The notes under the pieces are model-generated. The model saw nothing but the letters and a program-made list of their open reading frames with translations. It ran no database searches and was not told where the DNA came from. From Nitrospirales bacterium (GTDB taxonomy: Bacteria > Nitrospirota > Nitrospiria > Nitrospirales > UBA8639), in contig CBDBCZ010000019.1 in the NCBI GenBank assembly GCA_965203295.1, positions 928,001 through 992,000 of the forward strand: 64,000 nucleotides of DNA. The letters run 5' to 3'. Shown here piece after piece: positions 50,645 to 61,984 of this stretch; position 1 is the stretch's first letter; every line of letters begins with the position of its first letter. The translations under genes and the position numbers were made by a program.

Positions 50645-51733
50645 ATGCACGAAGTCTTGATCCTAGGGGCTGGGAAAATTGGTGTGTTGGTGGCCTCTTT
50701 TCTCGCGGACACTGGTGAATACCATGTTCATGTCGGTGACGTATCTGCCGATGCCTGCAAACGCGTCGCTGCTCAATGGTCTGATAAGAAAATAGAGGAA
50801 GTGGTCCTGGATGCGACGGATCCAGCTGCCCTAAAGAATTATTGTGAAACCCAGCGGGTCGCAGCGGTGATCTCGAGCCTACCCTACTACTGCAACCCCA
50901 CGGTCGCTGATGTCGCTCGACAATGCGATTTGTATTACTTTGATCTAACCGAGGACGTGGAGGTGACCAACTATGTCAAAAAAATCAGTTCAGGCAGTCG
51001 GCGGGCGTTTGTCCCACAATGCGGATTGGCGCCTGGGTTTATCAGCATTGCTGCCAACGAATTAATCACTCATTTTGATTCGGTCGATTCCGTGAAAATG
51101 CGAGTCGGAGCTTTGCCGATTAACCCCAGTAACGTGTTGAAGTACTCCCTGACCTGGTCAACAGATGGGGTCATTAATGAATATGGCAACTTTTGTTATG
51201 GAATAGAAGGCCGGAAAAATGCCACTCTCCTGCCTCTAGAGGGTTATGAAACGATTTCGGTGGATGGATTACTCTACGAAGCGTTCAACACCTCGGGTGG
51301 ATTGGGTACCTTGGCCGAGACGTATGCCGGCAAGGTCAACACGATGAATTACAAGACGCTTCGATATCCTGGCCATTGTGAAAAGATCCAGTTCATGATG
51401 AATGATTTAAAACTGAACGAGAGACGAGACATTTTGAAGCAAATCCTGGAAAATGCGATTCCCAAGACTTTACAGGATGTGGTCCTGATTTACGTGGCGG
51501 TGATGGGAAGAAAACATGGAGAGTTAATGGAAGAAAACTACGTCAAGAAAATCTATCCACAAGAGATTTCTGGAAAATTATGGTCGGCTATTCAAGTCAC
51601 CACAGCCGCTGGACTCTGCAGTGTGGTCGATCTTGTGTTGGCCGATTCGGATAGTTATCACGGTTTCATTAAGCAAGAAACCTTCTCGCTCGATCTGTTC
51701 TTGGAAAACCGTTTTGGTCGGTATTACGGATAG
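50645..51733 (+). CDS. Saccharopine dehydrogenase family / lysine 6-dehydrogenase-like
   Basis: LGAGKIG, YFDLTED, QCGLAPG, TWSTDG..NEY, YEAFNTSGGLGT, YKTLRYPGH. Confidence 0.88.
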   Translation: MHEVLILGAGKIGVLVASFLADTGEYHVHVGDVSADACKRVAAQWSDKKIEEVVLDATDPAALKNYCETQRVAAVISSLPYYCNPTVADVARQCDLYYFDLTEDVEVTNYVKKISSGSRRAFVPQCGLAPGFISIAANELITHFDSVDSVKMRVGALPINPSNVLKYSLTWSTDGVINEYGNFCYGIEGRKNATLLPLEGYETISVDGLLYEAFNTSGGLGTLAETYAGKVNTMNYKTLRYPGHCEKIQFMMNDLKLNERRDILKQILENAIPKTLQDVVLIYVAVMGRKHGELMEENYVKKIYPQEISGKLWSAIQVTTAAGLCSVVDLVLADSDSYHGFIKQETFSLDLFLENRFGRYYG

Positions 51734-51830
51734 GGTATTGGTTTGCAACGAGGGCATTACAAATTCTGATGAACTTTAAAGAGCGAATAGACACGCTTCT
51801 GCCACTCTTTCATCCATAGGGGCGAATGAA

Positions 51831-53204
51831 TTAGGTATCCTTGCGATCTGTGAAGAGTTGCTTGTTGATGCTTTTCCGCCCGACTATGATCAGACCAACA
51901 GAGATGCCGATGGCGAGGGGGACAAACAGCCCAGAGGCAAGATGATAATTTTCGAGCCATCCCATTTCGTGCAAAGCTTTAAATACGTAACTGGCTAGAC
52001 CACTCAGGTAATACGATAAGACAATAACAGAAAGTCCTTCGACCGTGTGTTGAAGGATGGCTTGACTTTTTGTGGTCTTATCCACGCTTCCAAGTAGTTT
52101 GAGGTTCTGATCTTGGAGAGCAAGGTTTTGATCTTGTAAAAGAAGATCGACCTTGGCCCGGATAACCGCAATGGTGCCTTGAAAGTCATTTTCCAGCGCG
52201 TCAATGCGTTTTAGCAACTGCTGATAGCCATCAGCTACTCCTGTCACTTTCCCATAGACATAGTCTGAAATCGTCTGACATCCAGGAAGGGGTCTTTCTT
52301 GAAGTGCGGTCAAATTCCCATGAATGATGGTTTCATAGGGGACTGATGCGGATAGCTTGTACCGCATCGATTCGGCCATTCGGCTGACCCTCATAAAGTC
52401 CTGGCTGAGCACGTTAAGCCAACCTTGCAACGTGTGCTGGGTAGAGGCCTCCAGTTGCGTGGTGATGACTCCTCGTTGGTACAGATGGCGTTGTTCGTAT
52501 CGATGAACCTGATCCATGGCTCGGGAAAAGGCTCCGAATGGCAACAGAATCAAATGGGTATAATTTTCAATGGCAATCAGGCCCCCAACCACACGGCCTA
52601 CTTGCTGCAAAAGGGATTCTGAGGAAGGGCTGAAAATCAGATATCGTTCTCGTAGATTCTCGTCAGGAGTGAAACTGGTTGCCACCGTGATGTCTTCCCC
52701 AAAAATACGGCTTCCAAATATCTGTGGTCCTGGCATCCAGGTTCGAAGTTCATCTAAAGAGAAGCTGGAGTATGGTGAGATGACAATATCGAGAGCGTTG
52801 ACCTGAAGGCCCAGTGGCGAAAATGGAAACCGATAGTCGGGAAACGTAATAGGCCCGAAATCCAATGGTTTCATTTTATCGTCCGGTATATGCCACACTT
52901 GATAGCTGTAATATTCTGTATGGGCTTCCCAGGTCACTAAGAGGCGATCCCCATTGGTGCCGACCCGAGCCCCATATCCAAACTTTTCCCCTAGAACCAT
53001 ATGCTCTTCAGGAATCTCAAGGCATTCGAGAAGGGCTGTAAATTCTCGTCGACTTTGCGCGCGTTCGCTTGGAGGGTTGGCCATTCTGTGGGCGATATGG
53101 TGAATATGCGCAGGAACATCAAACCATTCTTCCAAATACTTTTGGTTGGGTTCATGCATTTTACGCAGAAACAGATGATCTGTGTTTGGTCGTTTGGTGG
53201 TCAC
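51831..53204 (-). CDS. DUF3422-family membrane-anchored protein
   Basis: WEAHTEY, IENY, LQHTVEGLSVIVLSYY, two C-terminal TM helices. Confidence 0.8.
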   Translation of the reverse strand: MTTKRPNTDHLFLRKMHEPNQKYLEEWFDVPAHIHHIAHRMANPPSERAQSRREFTALLECLEIPEEHMVLGEKFGYGARVGTNGDRLLVTWEAHTEYYSYQVWHIPDDKMKPLDFGPITFPDYRFPFSPLGLQVNALDIVISPYSSFSLDELRTWMPGPQIFGSRIFGEDITVATSFTPDENLRERYLIFSPSSESLLQQVGRVVGGLIAIENYTHLILLPFGAFSRAMDQVHRYEQRHLYQRGVITTQLEASTQHTLQGWLNVLSQDFMRVSRMAESMRYKLSASVPYETIIHGNLTALQERPLPGCQTISDYVYGKVTGVADGYQQLLKRIDALENDFQGTIAVIRAKVDLLLQDQNLALQDQNLKLLGSVDKTTKSQAILQHTVEGLSVIVLSYYLSGLASYVFKALHEMGWLENYHLASGLFVPLAIGISVGLIIVGRKSINKQLFTDRKDT

Positions 53205-53460
53205 GGTAAATATTCTTTCATGAGTGAGAGAGGTTTTGGGTTCTCAGGCTTATCATGAACAAAACTCCCTAGAGTGAATACAGGGAGACTATTTGGGGAA
53301 ATAGGCAGTTCGCGTCTCTTGGCATCAAAAGAGCTGCCTTTGTGTGAAGACCAGTAGGTTTCTAGCTGAATCTTTCTCTGTTTATCAAGACACGTTCGCA
53401 GATTTATGTGACAAATGACTTAAAAAACCATCTTTTGAGCAGAGCGTGGGGAATACTGCC

Positions 53461-53489
53461 TTGACACTCAATTGGGGGATGACTACATT
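53461..53489 (+). promoter_or_regulatory. Sigma70-type promoter for purC
   Basis: TTGACA-N17-TACATT. Confidence 0.65.
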
Positions 53490-53587
53490 GCCTTTCGCCT
53501 CTCGAGATGAGTGTCTTGCACGGAGGCTTGTTGCTAAAATTAGGTCAGGACGACATCAGGCTTTTAATTTCAAATGCGAGGTTTGTA

Positions 53588-54493
53588 GTGAGAGATCCTT
53601 TTAACAGCCTTGCGGTATTGGAAACAAATCTAGAAGGTTGTGGCCCCAAAAAAAAGGGGAAAGTCCGGGATATGTATGATTTGGGCGATTGCTTGCTCAT
53701 GGTGGTGTCCGATCGAATTTCTGCATTTGATGTCATTTTGTCAGAGGGCATTCCAGGAAAGGGTTATGTGCTTACTCAACTATCCGAATTCTGGTTCGAT
53801 CATCTATGGAGTTATGGAGATTTGGTCCCTCATCATTTGCGCACATTGGACCCAGAAAAATTCCCAGAATCTCTTCGACCTTATAGAGAGATGTTAGCAG
53901 GGCGCAGTATGGTTGTTGAAAAGGCTGCACCGTTGCCCGTGGAATGTATTGTTCGAGGGTATTTGTCGGGCTCGGCATGGAAGGAATATACCTCCCACGG
54001 CACAGTCTGTGGTCAGTCTCTTCCATCAGGGCTCCGCGAATCAGAGAAATTTCCCGAGCCGTTGTTTACCCCCTCGACGAAAGCCGAGGTTGGCCATGAT
54101 GAGAACATTTCCTTTGACCACATGGCTGAGCTGATAGGCGGGAAGCTGGCAGGGTGTATCAAAGATGTGAGTGTGAAACTTTACCAACGGGCTGCTGAAT
54201 TAGCAGATGCCCGTGGGATTATTATTGCTGATACCAAGTTTGAATTCGGACTGCATCCTGAGACCAAAGAACTCATGGTCATCGATGAATTGCTCACACC
54301 AGATTCATCACGGTTTTGGCCTCGTGATCTCTACCAACCTGGTAGGTCTCAACCCAGCTTTGACAAGCAATATGTCCGGGATTATCTGGATTCCGTCGGT
54401 TGGGATCACCATCCCCCCCCCCCTCATCTGTCTGAGATGGTCATTCAACAAACGAGCCAAAAGTATAAGGAAGCGTTAGAACGCTTTGTGTAG
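53588..54493 (+). CDS. purC: SAICAR synthase
   Basis: GKVRD, SDRISAFD, ECIVRGY, ADTKFEFG, DELLTPDSSR, DKQYVR; start uncertain. Confidence 0.96.
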   Translation: MRDPFNSLAVLETNLEGCGPKKKGKVRDMYDLGDCLLMVVSDRISAFDVILSEGIPGKGYVLTQLSEFWFDHLWSYGDLVPHHLRTLDPEKFPESLRPYREMLAGRSMVVEKAAPLPVECIVRGYLSGSAWKEYTSHGTVCGQSLPSGLRESEKFPEPLFTPSTKAEVGHDENISFDHMAELIGGKLAGCIKDVSVKLYQRAAELADARGIIIADTKFEFGLHPETKELMVIDELLTPDSSRFWPRDLYQPGRSQPSFDKQYVRDYLDSVGWDHHPPPPHLSEMVIQQTSQKYKEALERFV

Positions 54494-54529
54494 GAGGTTG
54501 TTGAAAACGTCGCCAGCGTTCTCTCTGAT

Positions 54530-55537
54530 CTAAATCTCTCTGGCCATTCGAGGGTTTTGAATAAACTCGACCACTCTATTTTCAGCCCAAAACATGTCTT
54601 CGTGAGTCTGGGGTCTCTGAATGAACCCGCAATGGCCTCCGTGGCGGGGAGCGATCAAACCAATGGCGGGATTTGAATGAAGAGCCGCGATATCAAATGT
54701 CGTAAAGGGAATAAAGGGATCGTCTTGTGAAGTGATCAGAAGTGTTGGTATGCGAATACGGTCAAGAATGTGTCGTGCGCCCGTTTTTTCATAGTAGTCT
54801 GCAGCATTGTGATATCCTGCAAACGGGGCTGTGTATGCATCATCGAATCCTGACATGGTCTTGATCTTCGGCAAGAGTGAAAGGTCGAATCTTCCCGGGA
54901 AGTGATGGGCTTTTCGCCGCAATCTGGATTTAAGGCTTGCAAGAAAATAATTGTGATAGATCAAATTGCGTGGTTGCTCGAGGGCTTCCACGCAAGCAGC
55001 CGGGTGGATGTTGGGACAGACAGCGACGACTCCTTTGAGGATGTATAATTCCTCTCCGGCTTCTCCGGCCATACGTAGCACGATGTTGCCTCCCATGGAG
55101 TACCCGGCTGCCCATACCGACTCGAAGCCTTCGCGCGAGGCTAGTTCGACAATCACGGCTCGGACATCTTGACTGAGTCCGTTATCATACAGCCCTGGCG
55201 TGAGGTGTTCAGTCCCTCCGCAGTTTCGTTGATTCATGCGAATGACATTGAATCCAGCATGCCACGCTTTGCGGGCAATGCCTTTCATGTAATGGGACTC
55301 CGAACAGCCCTCTAGTCCATGAACGAGAAGGAGTACGGGATGTCGGATTCGATCAGCTTGCCAATTGCAAACAGCGAGAATGTGAGATTCATGATCTACC
55401 TGGAATAATCTGTTTTCGTACGAATCTTGCCAAAGTTTGTGTGATCGAGGCCAATACCGAGGAAAGAGCGTCATCACATGGGGATTTTTGAGAAGGGGAT
55501 GGGGAATGAACCTTGAGATGGAAGGATGAAGAGTCAT
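54530..55537 (-). CDS. YheT-family alpha/beta hydrolase
   Basis: HGLEG, GYSMGG, DDPF, GGHCGF. Confidence 0.9.
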   Translation of the reverse strand: MTLHPSISRFIPHPLLKNPHVMTLFPRYWPRSHKLWQDSYENRLFQVDHESHILAVCNWQADRIRHPVLLLVHGLEGCSESHYMKGIARKAWHAGFNVIRMNQRNCGGTEHLTPGLYDNGLSQDVRAVIVELASREGFESVWAAGYSMGGNIVLRMAGEAGEELYILKGVVAVCPNIHPAACVEALEQPRNLIYHNYFLASLKSRLRRKAHHFPGRFDLSLLPKIKTMSGFDDAYTAPFAGYHNAADYYEKTGARHILDRIRIPTLLITSQDDPFIPFTTFDIAALHSNPAIGLIAPRHGGHCGFIQRPQTHEDMFWAENRVVEFIQNPRMAREI

Positions 55538-55569
55538 CTACAAATTTCGTGTAAACTTTTAGAGTTTTA

Positions 55570-55756
55570 CCCCCCTTCGCAGAAAGCCACGGGTGTAACC
55601 CCGTGGATGAATGCGATGTGGGTACCCTCCGTAGTCTTGGCAAAGGAGGGTAGGCTTCGGCGGGTTCCGCCAAGGTAAGTGAGGTGCCACGACTGTTCAG
55701 CCTTCGTAGCCAAAACTAGTATACGTGGAGTAGGCTAGAGCCGTCAGGCTCCACAA
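55570..55756 (+). mobile_element. Non-autonomous IS200/IS605-like palindromic element, copy 2
   Basis: AAGCCACGGGTGTAACCCCGTGGATGAA hairpin, CCCTCC/GGAGGG hairpin, 3' part similar to 15570-15640. Confidence 0.55.
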
Positions 55757-55818
55757 TACCAAAAAATGATTCTTGTGGTCTCCCTGAATTTCCAAAAGAG
55801 TCGCTCCAATTTCTTCAC

Positions 55819-56334
55819 ATGAGTTCCAAGAAAAATAAACAGAAGCCCTCTCTTGATCGCGAAATCTGGATGCTTCTGCTGGTGATTGGCGGTGGCGTGT
55901 TAGCGACTTTTTGGGGTGTCATGTTTAATCCCACGATGTCTCTTCCCCCTGGACTTCCTCAAACATCCGCGACGCAAGTGTCTTTAGCCAACGTCCCATT
56001 GGCGACTGGAGATGAACCACTCGATCGGTTGTTTAAACAATCTGGGTGTATTGTGTGCCATACGATTCCCGGTGTTAAGAATGCCAAAGGGCGTGAAGGC
56101 CCCAAATTGGTATTGGGTGCCACAGGTTTACAACGCTTGGCTGATCCCAAGTACACAGGTATAGCCACCACTGTGCGTGAGTACATTATCGAGTCCATTC
56201 TCTCTCCTGGAGCCTTTGTCGTTGCGGGATACCCCGATCGAGTCATGCCTCAATGGTATAGTCAGAAATTGAGTGCAAGAGCTCTCGATAAAATTGCCGA
56301 CCATTTGGAAGGTCTGACTGAGACTACAAATTAA
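55819..56334 (+). CDS. Membrane-anchored monoheme cytochrome c
   Basis: N-terminal TM, GCIVCH, GP.L, YIIESILSP, VMP. Confidence 0.85.
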   Translation: MSSKKNKQKPSLDREIWMLLLVIGGGVLATFWGVMFNPTMSLPPGLPQTSATQVSLANVPLATGDEPLDRLFKQSGCIVCHTIPGVKNAKGREGPKLVLGATGLQRLADPKYTGIATTVREYIIESILSPGAFVVAGYPDRVMPQWYSQKLSARALDKIADHLEGLTETTN

Positions 56335-56367
56335 GAACACCAAAGGCCGCGTTCAGCTTCTCGTTTA

Positions 56368-57537
56368 CTAAATAACTCTCATGCTCTGACCAATATGGCG
56401 CAAGGTTTGTAAAACCCTGTTCAGTTGAGTGATGGTATGTTCGGAGGTCACGGTAAGCCGAAGTCGACTACTGCCTTTGGGAACGGTGGGTGGGCGAATG
56501 GCTGGGACGAAAATCCCGGCAGCCAACAGTCTTTTGCTCATGTCGAGAGCAGTCTCAGCATTTTTTAAGAGTATTGGGAGAATAGGACTTTGGGTCTCGG
56601 TTAAGGTGAACCCAATGTCCTGAAGGCCGGCATAAAGAAATTGACGATTCTTCCATAGGCGCATGCGGCGTTGGCGATCCTTTTTGATGATCTTTAATGC
56701 AGCGATGGCTGCTACAGCCATGGCAGGCGGAGGCGCAGTCGTATACATAAACGACCGAGCTGTATTGATCAGGTATTGAATGAACGCATCGGAACCGACC
56801 ACATATCCGCCACACGTACCGATGGCTTTGCTTAATGTGCCCATTTGAAGGCACTGGTTAGAGTTTACCCCAAAATGTTCTAAAGTCCCTCGTCCATTGG
56901 GGCCCATGACCCCTGTGCCATGTGCATCATCTAAAAAAATATTAGCCCCATAGGTCTGGGCGAGTTTCGTCAATTGAGGCACAAAGGACACATCGCCATC
57001 CATACTGAATACCCCCTCAGTGACGATAATAGTGGGCCGACTATGTGGTCGCTTGGTGAGTAGCCGCTTGAGGTGGTCTAGGTCATTATGATGAAAGACT
57101 CGCATGTCGGCTTTGGCGAGTCGACATCCGTCAATCAGGCTGGCGTGGCATAGACGATCTGCTAAAATTAATCCGTTTGAGTTTATAAGGGTGGGAATAA
57201 TCCCGAGGTTCGCTGTATAGCCTGATCCGAATGTTAAAGCTGATTCTGTCCCTTTAAACTTCGCCAGTTCTCTCTCAAGCTTCTGGTGGGGGATGGTCGT
57301 CCCGGAAATGAGACGCGAAGCGGCAGAACCAGTTCCCCACTTTGAGATTCCTTCACGAGCTTCTTTTTTGATGATAAGGTGATTGGCTAACCCCAGGTAG
57401 TCATTTGAGGCCATTTGGAGAATGGTTTTTTTACCGATGGTAATAGTACTTCCGGACGGAGAAGTCACAGTTTTGAGTCTCCTTCGTAGGAATTGGTCGT
57501 CTAACGTCTCAAGGTAGTTCAGAAATGCATTCATCAT
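56368..57537 (-). CDS. bioF: 8-amino-7-oxononanoate synthase
   Basis: SNDYLGL, HASLIDG, VFSMDGD, DDAHG, TLSKA, IRPPTVP. Confidence 0.93.
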   Translation of the reverse strand: MMNAFLNYLETLDDQFLRRRLKTVTSPSGSTITIGKKTILQMASNDYLGLANHLIIKKEAREGISKWGTGSAASRLISGTTIPHQKLERELAKFKGTESALTFGSGYTANLGIIPTLINSNGLILADRLCHASLIDGCRLAKADMRVFHHNDLDHLKRLLTKRPHSRPTIIVTEGVFSMDGDVSFVPQLTKLAQTYGANIFLDDAHGTGVMGPNGRGTLEHFGVNSNQCLQMGTLSKAIGTCGGYVVGSDAFIQYLINTARSFMYTTAPPPAMAVAAIAALKIIKKDRQRRMRLWKNRQFLYAGLQDIGFTLTETQSPILPILLKNAETALDMSKRLLAAGIFVPAIRPPTVPKGSSRLRLTVTSEHTITQLNRVLQTLRHIGQSMRVI

Positions 57538-57730
57538 CAGTGCTTGCAAGAGCTTGCTGGAACTACAGAAATTCCGTGGACTTCCCGCTTTGAAATTCTC
57601 ACTTTCTTAAGGCCAAGGGATGCTAGAATGACAAAATGACAAGTGGGGACCTTTGGGCTGGCAGTTGAAATTATGACCCTTGATCTGCGTAAAAACACCC
57701 CGGCAAATGGGATTAGGGTTTCATGAATTG

Positions 57731-57759
57731 TTGACTTGCCGAAAGGATCAGATTATGAT
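57731..57759 (+). promoter_or_regulatory. Sigma70-type promoter for the ilv operon
   Basis: TTGACT-N17-TATGAT. Confidence 0.68.
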
Positions 57760-57881
57760 TCACAAGTTAAGCTGCAAGTTAGCGGAAACTCTAAAATTTC
57801 TTGCCTCCTGAATCCTCAAAACGTAAAGAGGAGGCTTTCTTAAACAGACCCCCAAAGGGGTCTAACCATTGAGGTTCCATC

Positions 57882-59660
57882 ATGGCACAAATAACTGGTG
57901 CAGAGATTTTTCTTGAGTCCTTGAAGCGTGAAGGAGTCAAAACTGTATTTGCCATTCCGGGAGGTGTCGTACTCAAGATATTTGATGTTCTGCATCAACA
58001 AAAAGACATTGAGATTGTCTTAACCCGTCATGAACAGGGGGCGGGCCATATGGCCGAAGGCTATGCCAAGGCAACGGGCAAACCCGGAGTCGCTCTTATT
58101 ACGTCAGGGCCGGGAATGACAAATGTGATCACGGCTTTGGCTGATGCCTATATGGATTCAGTTCCGATGGTGGTTTTTTCCGGTCAAGTCAGCACAGCAT
58201 TGATTGGGAACGATGCCTTTCAAGAAGCCGATAATATTGGGTTGAGCCGCCCATGCACGAAGTATAACTTCCTGGTCACGGATGTCAGCGAGTTAGCTCA
58301 AACGATCAAGGAGGCGTTTTACATCGCCTCGACCGGTCGCCCTGGCCCGGTGTTGGTTGACATCCCCAAGGATGTTTCCATGAATAAGGGCGATTTCAAA
58401 TATCCGGACTCTGTTTCCATTCGAGGGTACAACCCGACCTATGAAGGAAGCAAATGGAAAATTAAACAGGCCGCTGATGCCATTATGAAAGCTCGTCGGC
58501 CTATTCTGTATGTTGGCGGAGGAGTCTTATTCTCGGGGGCCTCGGAGGAACTGATTGAATTGGCAGAGATGACCCAAATCCCCGTCGATATGACGTTAAT
58601 GGCTTTGGGTGGCTTCCCAGGAGAACATCCTTTGTCTTTGGGCATGATGGGCATGCACGGGACTTATGTCGCGAACATGGCGGTCCATTATTCAGATTTG
58701 GTCATTGCTGTGGGGTCACGGTTTGATGATCGAGTCACTGGGAAAGTGTCTGAGTTTTGCCCGCAGGCCAAAGTCATTCATATCGATATTGATCCGACTT
58801 CTATTCGAAAAAATGTTCAGGTCGATATTCCCATTGTAGGAGATTGCAAGCGGGTATTACGAGAATTGAATAGCGTCCTGAAGGTGACTGTCAATGGAGA
58901 TCAAAAAGAGTTGCGGAAACCCTGGTGGGATCAGATAAATGCATGGAGGCAAGAGAACCCCCTTGCTTACAAACAAGACCCGGAAGCACGTATCAAGCCT
59001 CAATATTTGATCGACCGGTTGTATCGGTTGACGGCGGATAGAGACCCCATTGTGTCCACTGACGTCGGTCAGCACCAAATGTGGACGGCACAATTTTTTC
59101 ACTTCGTTAATCCCCGGACATGGTTGACCTCTGGAGGATTAGGGACTATGGGATTTGGATTCCCGGCAGCCCTTGGGGCCCAGGCGGCCTTTCGGAAGCG
59201 GTTGGTTCTGTGTATTGCTGGTGATGGGAGCGTACAAATGAATACCCAAGAATTGGCTACTGCGGTGGTGGAAAAACTTCCGGTGAAGGTGTTTGTCATC
59301 AATAATCGCTTCCATGGGATGGTACGTCAGTGGCAAGATCTATTCTATGAAGGGCGGTACGCCTGCAGTTATCTGGATCAAACTCCTGATTTCGTCAAGT
59401 TAGCAGAAGCCTATGGGGCTGCGGGCCTGCGTATTGAAAAAGTCGATCAAGTGGATGATGGAATCCGTGAAGCTCTTGCCATTGATAAACCCGTCATTGT
59501 GGATGTGCCTGTGGATCAATTCGAAAACTGTTATCCTATGATCCCAGCCGGTGGCTGCAATCATGAGATGATCTTGGCAGACCCACCGGATCTGCAAAAA
59601 CGACAACCTGCAGGATCCCAAGGGGCTCAGGGGAATAAAGATACGATTTTAACAGCGTAA
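57882..59660 (+). CDS. ilvB: Acetolactate synthase large subunit
   Basis: RHEQGA, TSGPG, RFDDRVTG, DVGQHQMW, GDGS..MN, GMVRQWQ. Confidence 0.96.
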   Translation: MAQITGAEIFLESLKREGVKTVFAIPGGVVLKIFDVLHQQKDIEIVLTRHEQGAGHMAEGYAKATGKPGVALITSGPGMTNVITALADAYMDSVPMVVFSGQVSTALIGNDAFQEADNIGLSRPCTKYNFLVTDVSELAQTIKEAFYIASTGRPGPVLVDIPKDVSMNKGDFKYPDSVSIRGYNPTYEGSKWKIKQAADAIMKARRPILYVGGGVLFSGASEELIELAEMTQIPVDMTLMALGGFPGEHPLSLGMMGMHGTYVANMAVHYSDLVIAVGSRFDDRVTGKVSEFCPQAKVIHIDIDPTSIRKNVQVDIPIVGDCKRVLRELNSVLKVTVNGDQKELRKPWWDQINAWRQENPLAYKQDPEARIKPQYLIDRLYRLTADRDPIVSTDVGQHQMWTAQFFHFVNPRTWLTSGGLGTMGFGFPAALGAQAAFRKRLVLCIAGDGSVQMNTQELATAVVEKLPVKVFVINNRFHGMVRQWQDLFYEGRYACSYLDQTPDFVKLAEAYGAAGLRIEKVDQVDDGIREALAIDKPVIVDVPVDQFENCYPMIPAGGCNHEMILADPPDLQKRQPAGSQGAQGNKDTILTA

Positions 59661-59676
59661 ATGGGATAGAAGCATC

Positions 59677-60198
59677 ATGGAGCATATCTTTTCCTTAACT
59701 CTAGAAAATAAGTCCGGGGCTCTCTCTCGAGTGGCCGGGCTTTTTAGTGGCCGGGGATTTAACATCGAAAGTTTATCAGTGGCCCCCACCCTGGATCCTT
59801 CGGTATCCATGATGACCCTCGTGACAAGTGGTGATGATCGAATTATTGAGCAAATACTCAAGCAACTGAATAAGCTCATTGATGTCATCAAGGTCGTCGA
59901 TCTTCATGAAAGTGACTATGTGGAACGGGAGACAGCCTTGATCAAAGTCCACACCCGACAGGAAGACCGTGCAGAAGCCCTGTGGATCGCCGACATTTTT
60001 CGTGTGAATGTACTGGATTCTTCTCCAACGTCCTACACGATCGAAGTCACGGGTGATGTCAAAAAGGTTCAAGCAATTATCGGGTTGCTTCAACCGTTAG
60101 GTATCAAAGAAATAGTCAGGACAGGTCGAATTGCCATCGCCCGGGAACCCACTCGATCTATGGTTAGTCAACCTCGGCCTATTGCCAAAGCGAACTAA
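59677..60198 (+). CDS. ilvN: Acetolactate synthase small subunit
   Basis: ENKSGALSRVAGLFSGRGFNIESL, KQLNKLIDV. Confidence 0.95.
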   Translation: MEHIFSLTLENKSGALSRVAGLFSGRGFNIESLSVAPTLDPSVSMMTLVTSGDDRIIEQILKQLNKLIDVIKVVDLHESDYVERETALIKVHTRQEDRAEALWIADIFRVNVLDSSPTSYTIEVTGDVKKVQAIIGLLQPLGIKEIVRTGRIAIAREPTRSMVSQPRPIAKAN

Positions 60199-60228
60199 AG
60201 GATCCTTCTGCTCCTTTTCCAGCCCTAG

Positions 60229-61293
<1,065 letters not shown>

Positions 61294-61333
61294 CTGCCCT
61301 GGAAATTGGAAAGAATGATCCCAAGAGGCCACG

Positions 61334-61984
61334 ATGGCTGATCGTGCTGTGGGACTTCCTATTGTCCGTGAAGGGTTCCCCTTTGTGTTGGCGACTGGGG
61401 GGCCGGCCATTGTCGCGGGGTTTTTTGGTTGGATGGGTACGGCTCTTGCGTTGGGGGTCGTGGCCGGTCTGACCGCTAGTTTTTTTCGAAACCCTCACCG
61501 CGTTTCTCCTCCAGGTGACTTCTTGGTGCTTTCCCCGGCAGATGGTCGAGTGATTAGCATTCATGAAGAATTCGAATCAAGGTATTTAAAGGAGCAGAGC
61601 ATTCGGGTGAGCATTTTTTTGAATATTTTTGATGTCCATGTGACTCGGATGCCCTGCGCGGGGACGATTGCAGATATCGCGTACCAACCAGGTCAATTCC
61701 TCCCAGCCAATAAGCCAGAGGCAGCCATTCGGAATGAACAAAATGCGGTGATGGTTGAAACATTCAGCCAATGTAAGGTGTTATGTGTTCAAGTGGCTGG
61801 ATTAATTGCCCGCAGAATTGTCTGCTGGTCTTCACCTGGTGAAACGGTTTCTAGTGGGGAACGATTTGGGGTCATCCGGTTCGGATCACGGGTCGACACC
61901 TATTTGCCTCTTGGGACGACGATTCGAGTGCAGGTAGGGTCGACGGTTAAGGGTGGGGAAACAATTTTAGCGGAGCTTCCATGA
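61334..61984 (+). CDS. psd: Phosphatidylserine decarboxylase proenzyme
   Basis: FFRNP, SPADG, IFLNIFDVH, IRFGSRVD. Confidence 0.93.
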   Translation: MADRAVGLPIVREGFPFVLATGGPAIVAGFFGWMGTALALGVVAGLTASFFRNPHRVSPPGDFLVLSPADGRVISIHEEFESRYLKEQSIRVSIFLNIFDVHVTRMPCAGTIADIAYQPGQFLPANKPEAAIRNEQNAVMVETFSQCKVLCVQVAGLIARRIVCWSSPGETVSSGERFGVIRFGSRVDTYLPLGTTIRVQVGSTVKGGETILAELP

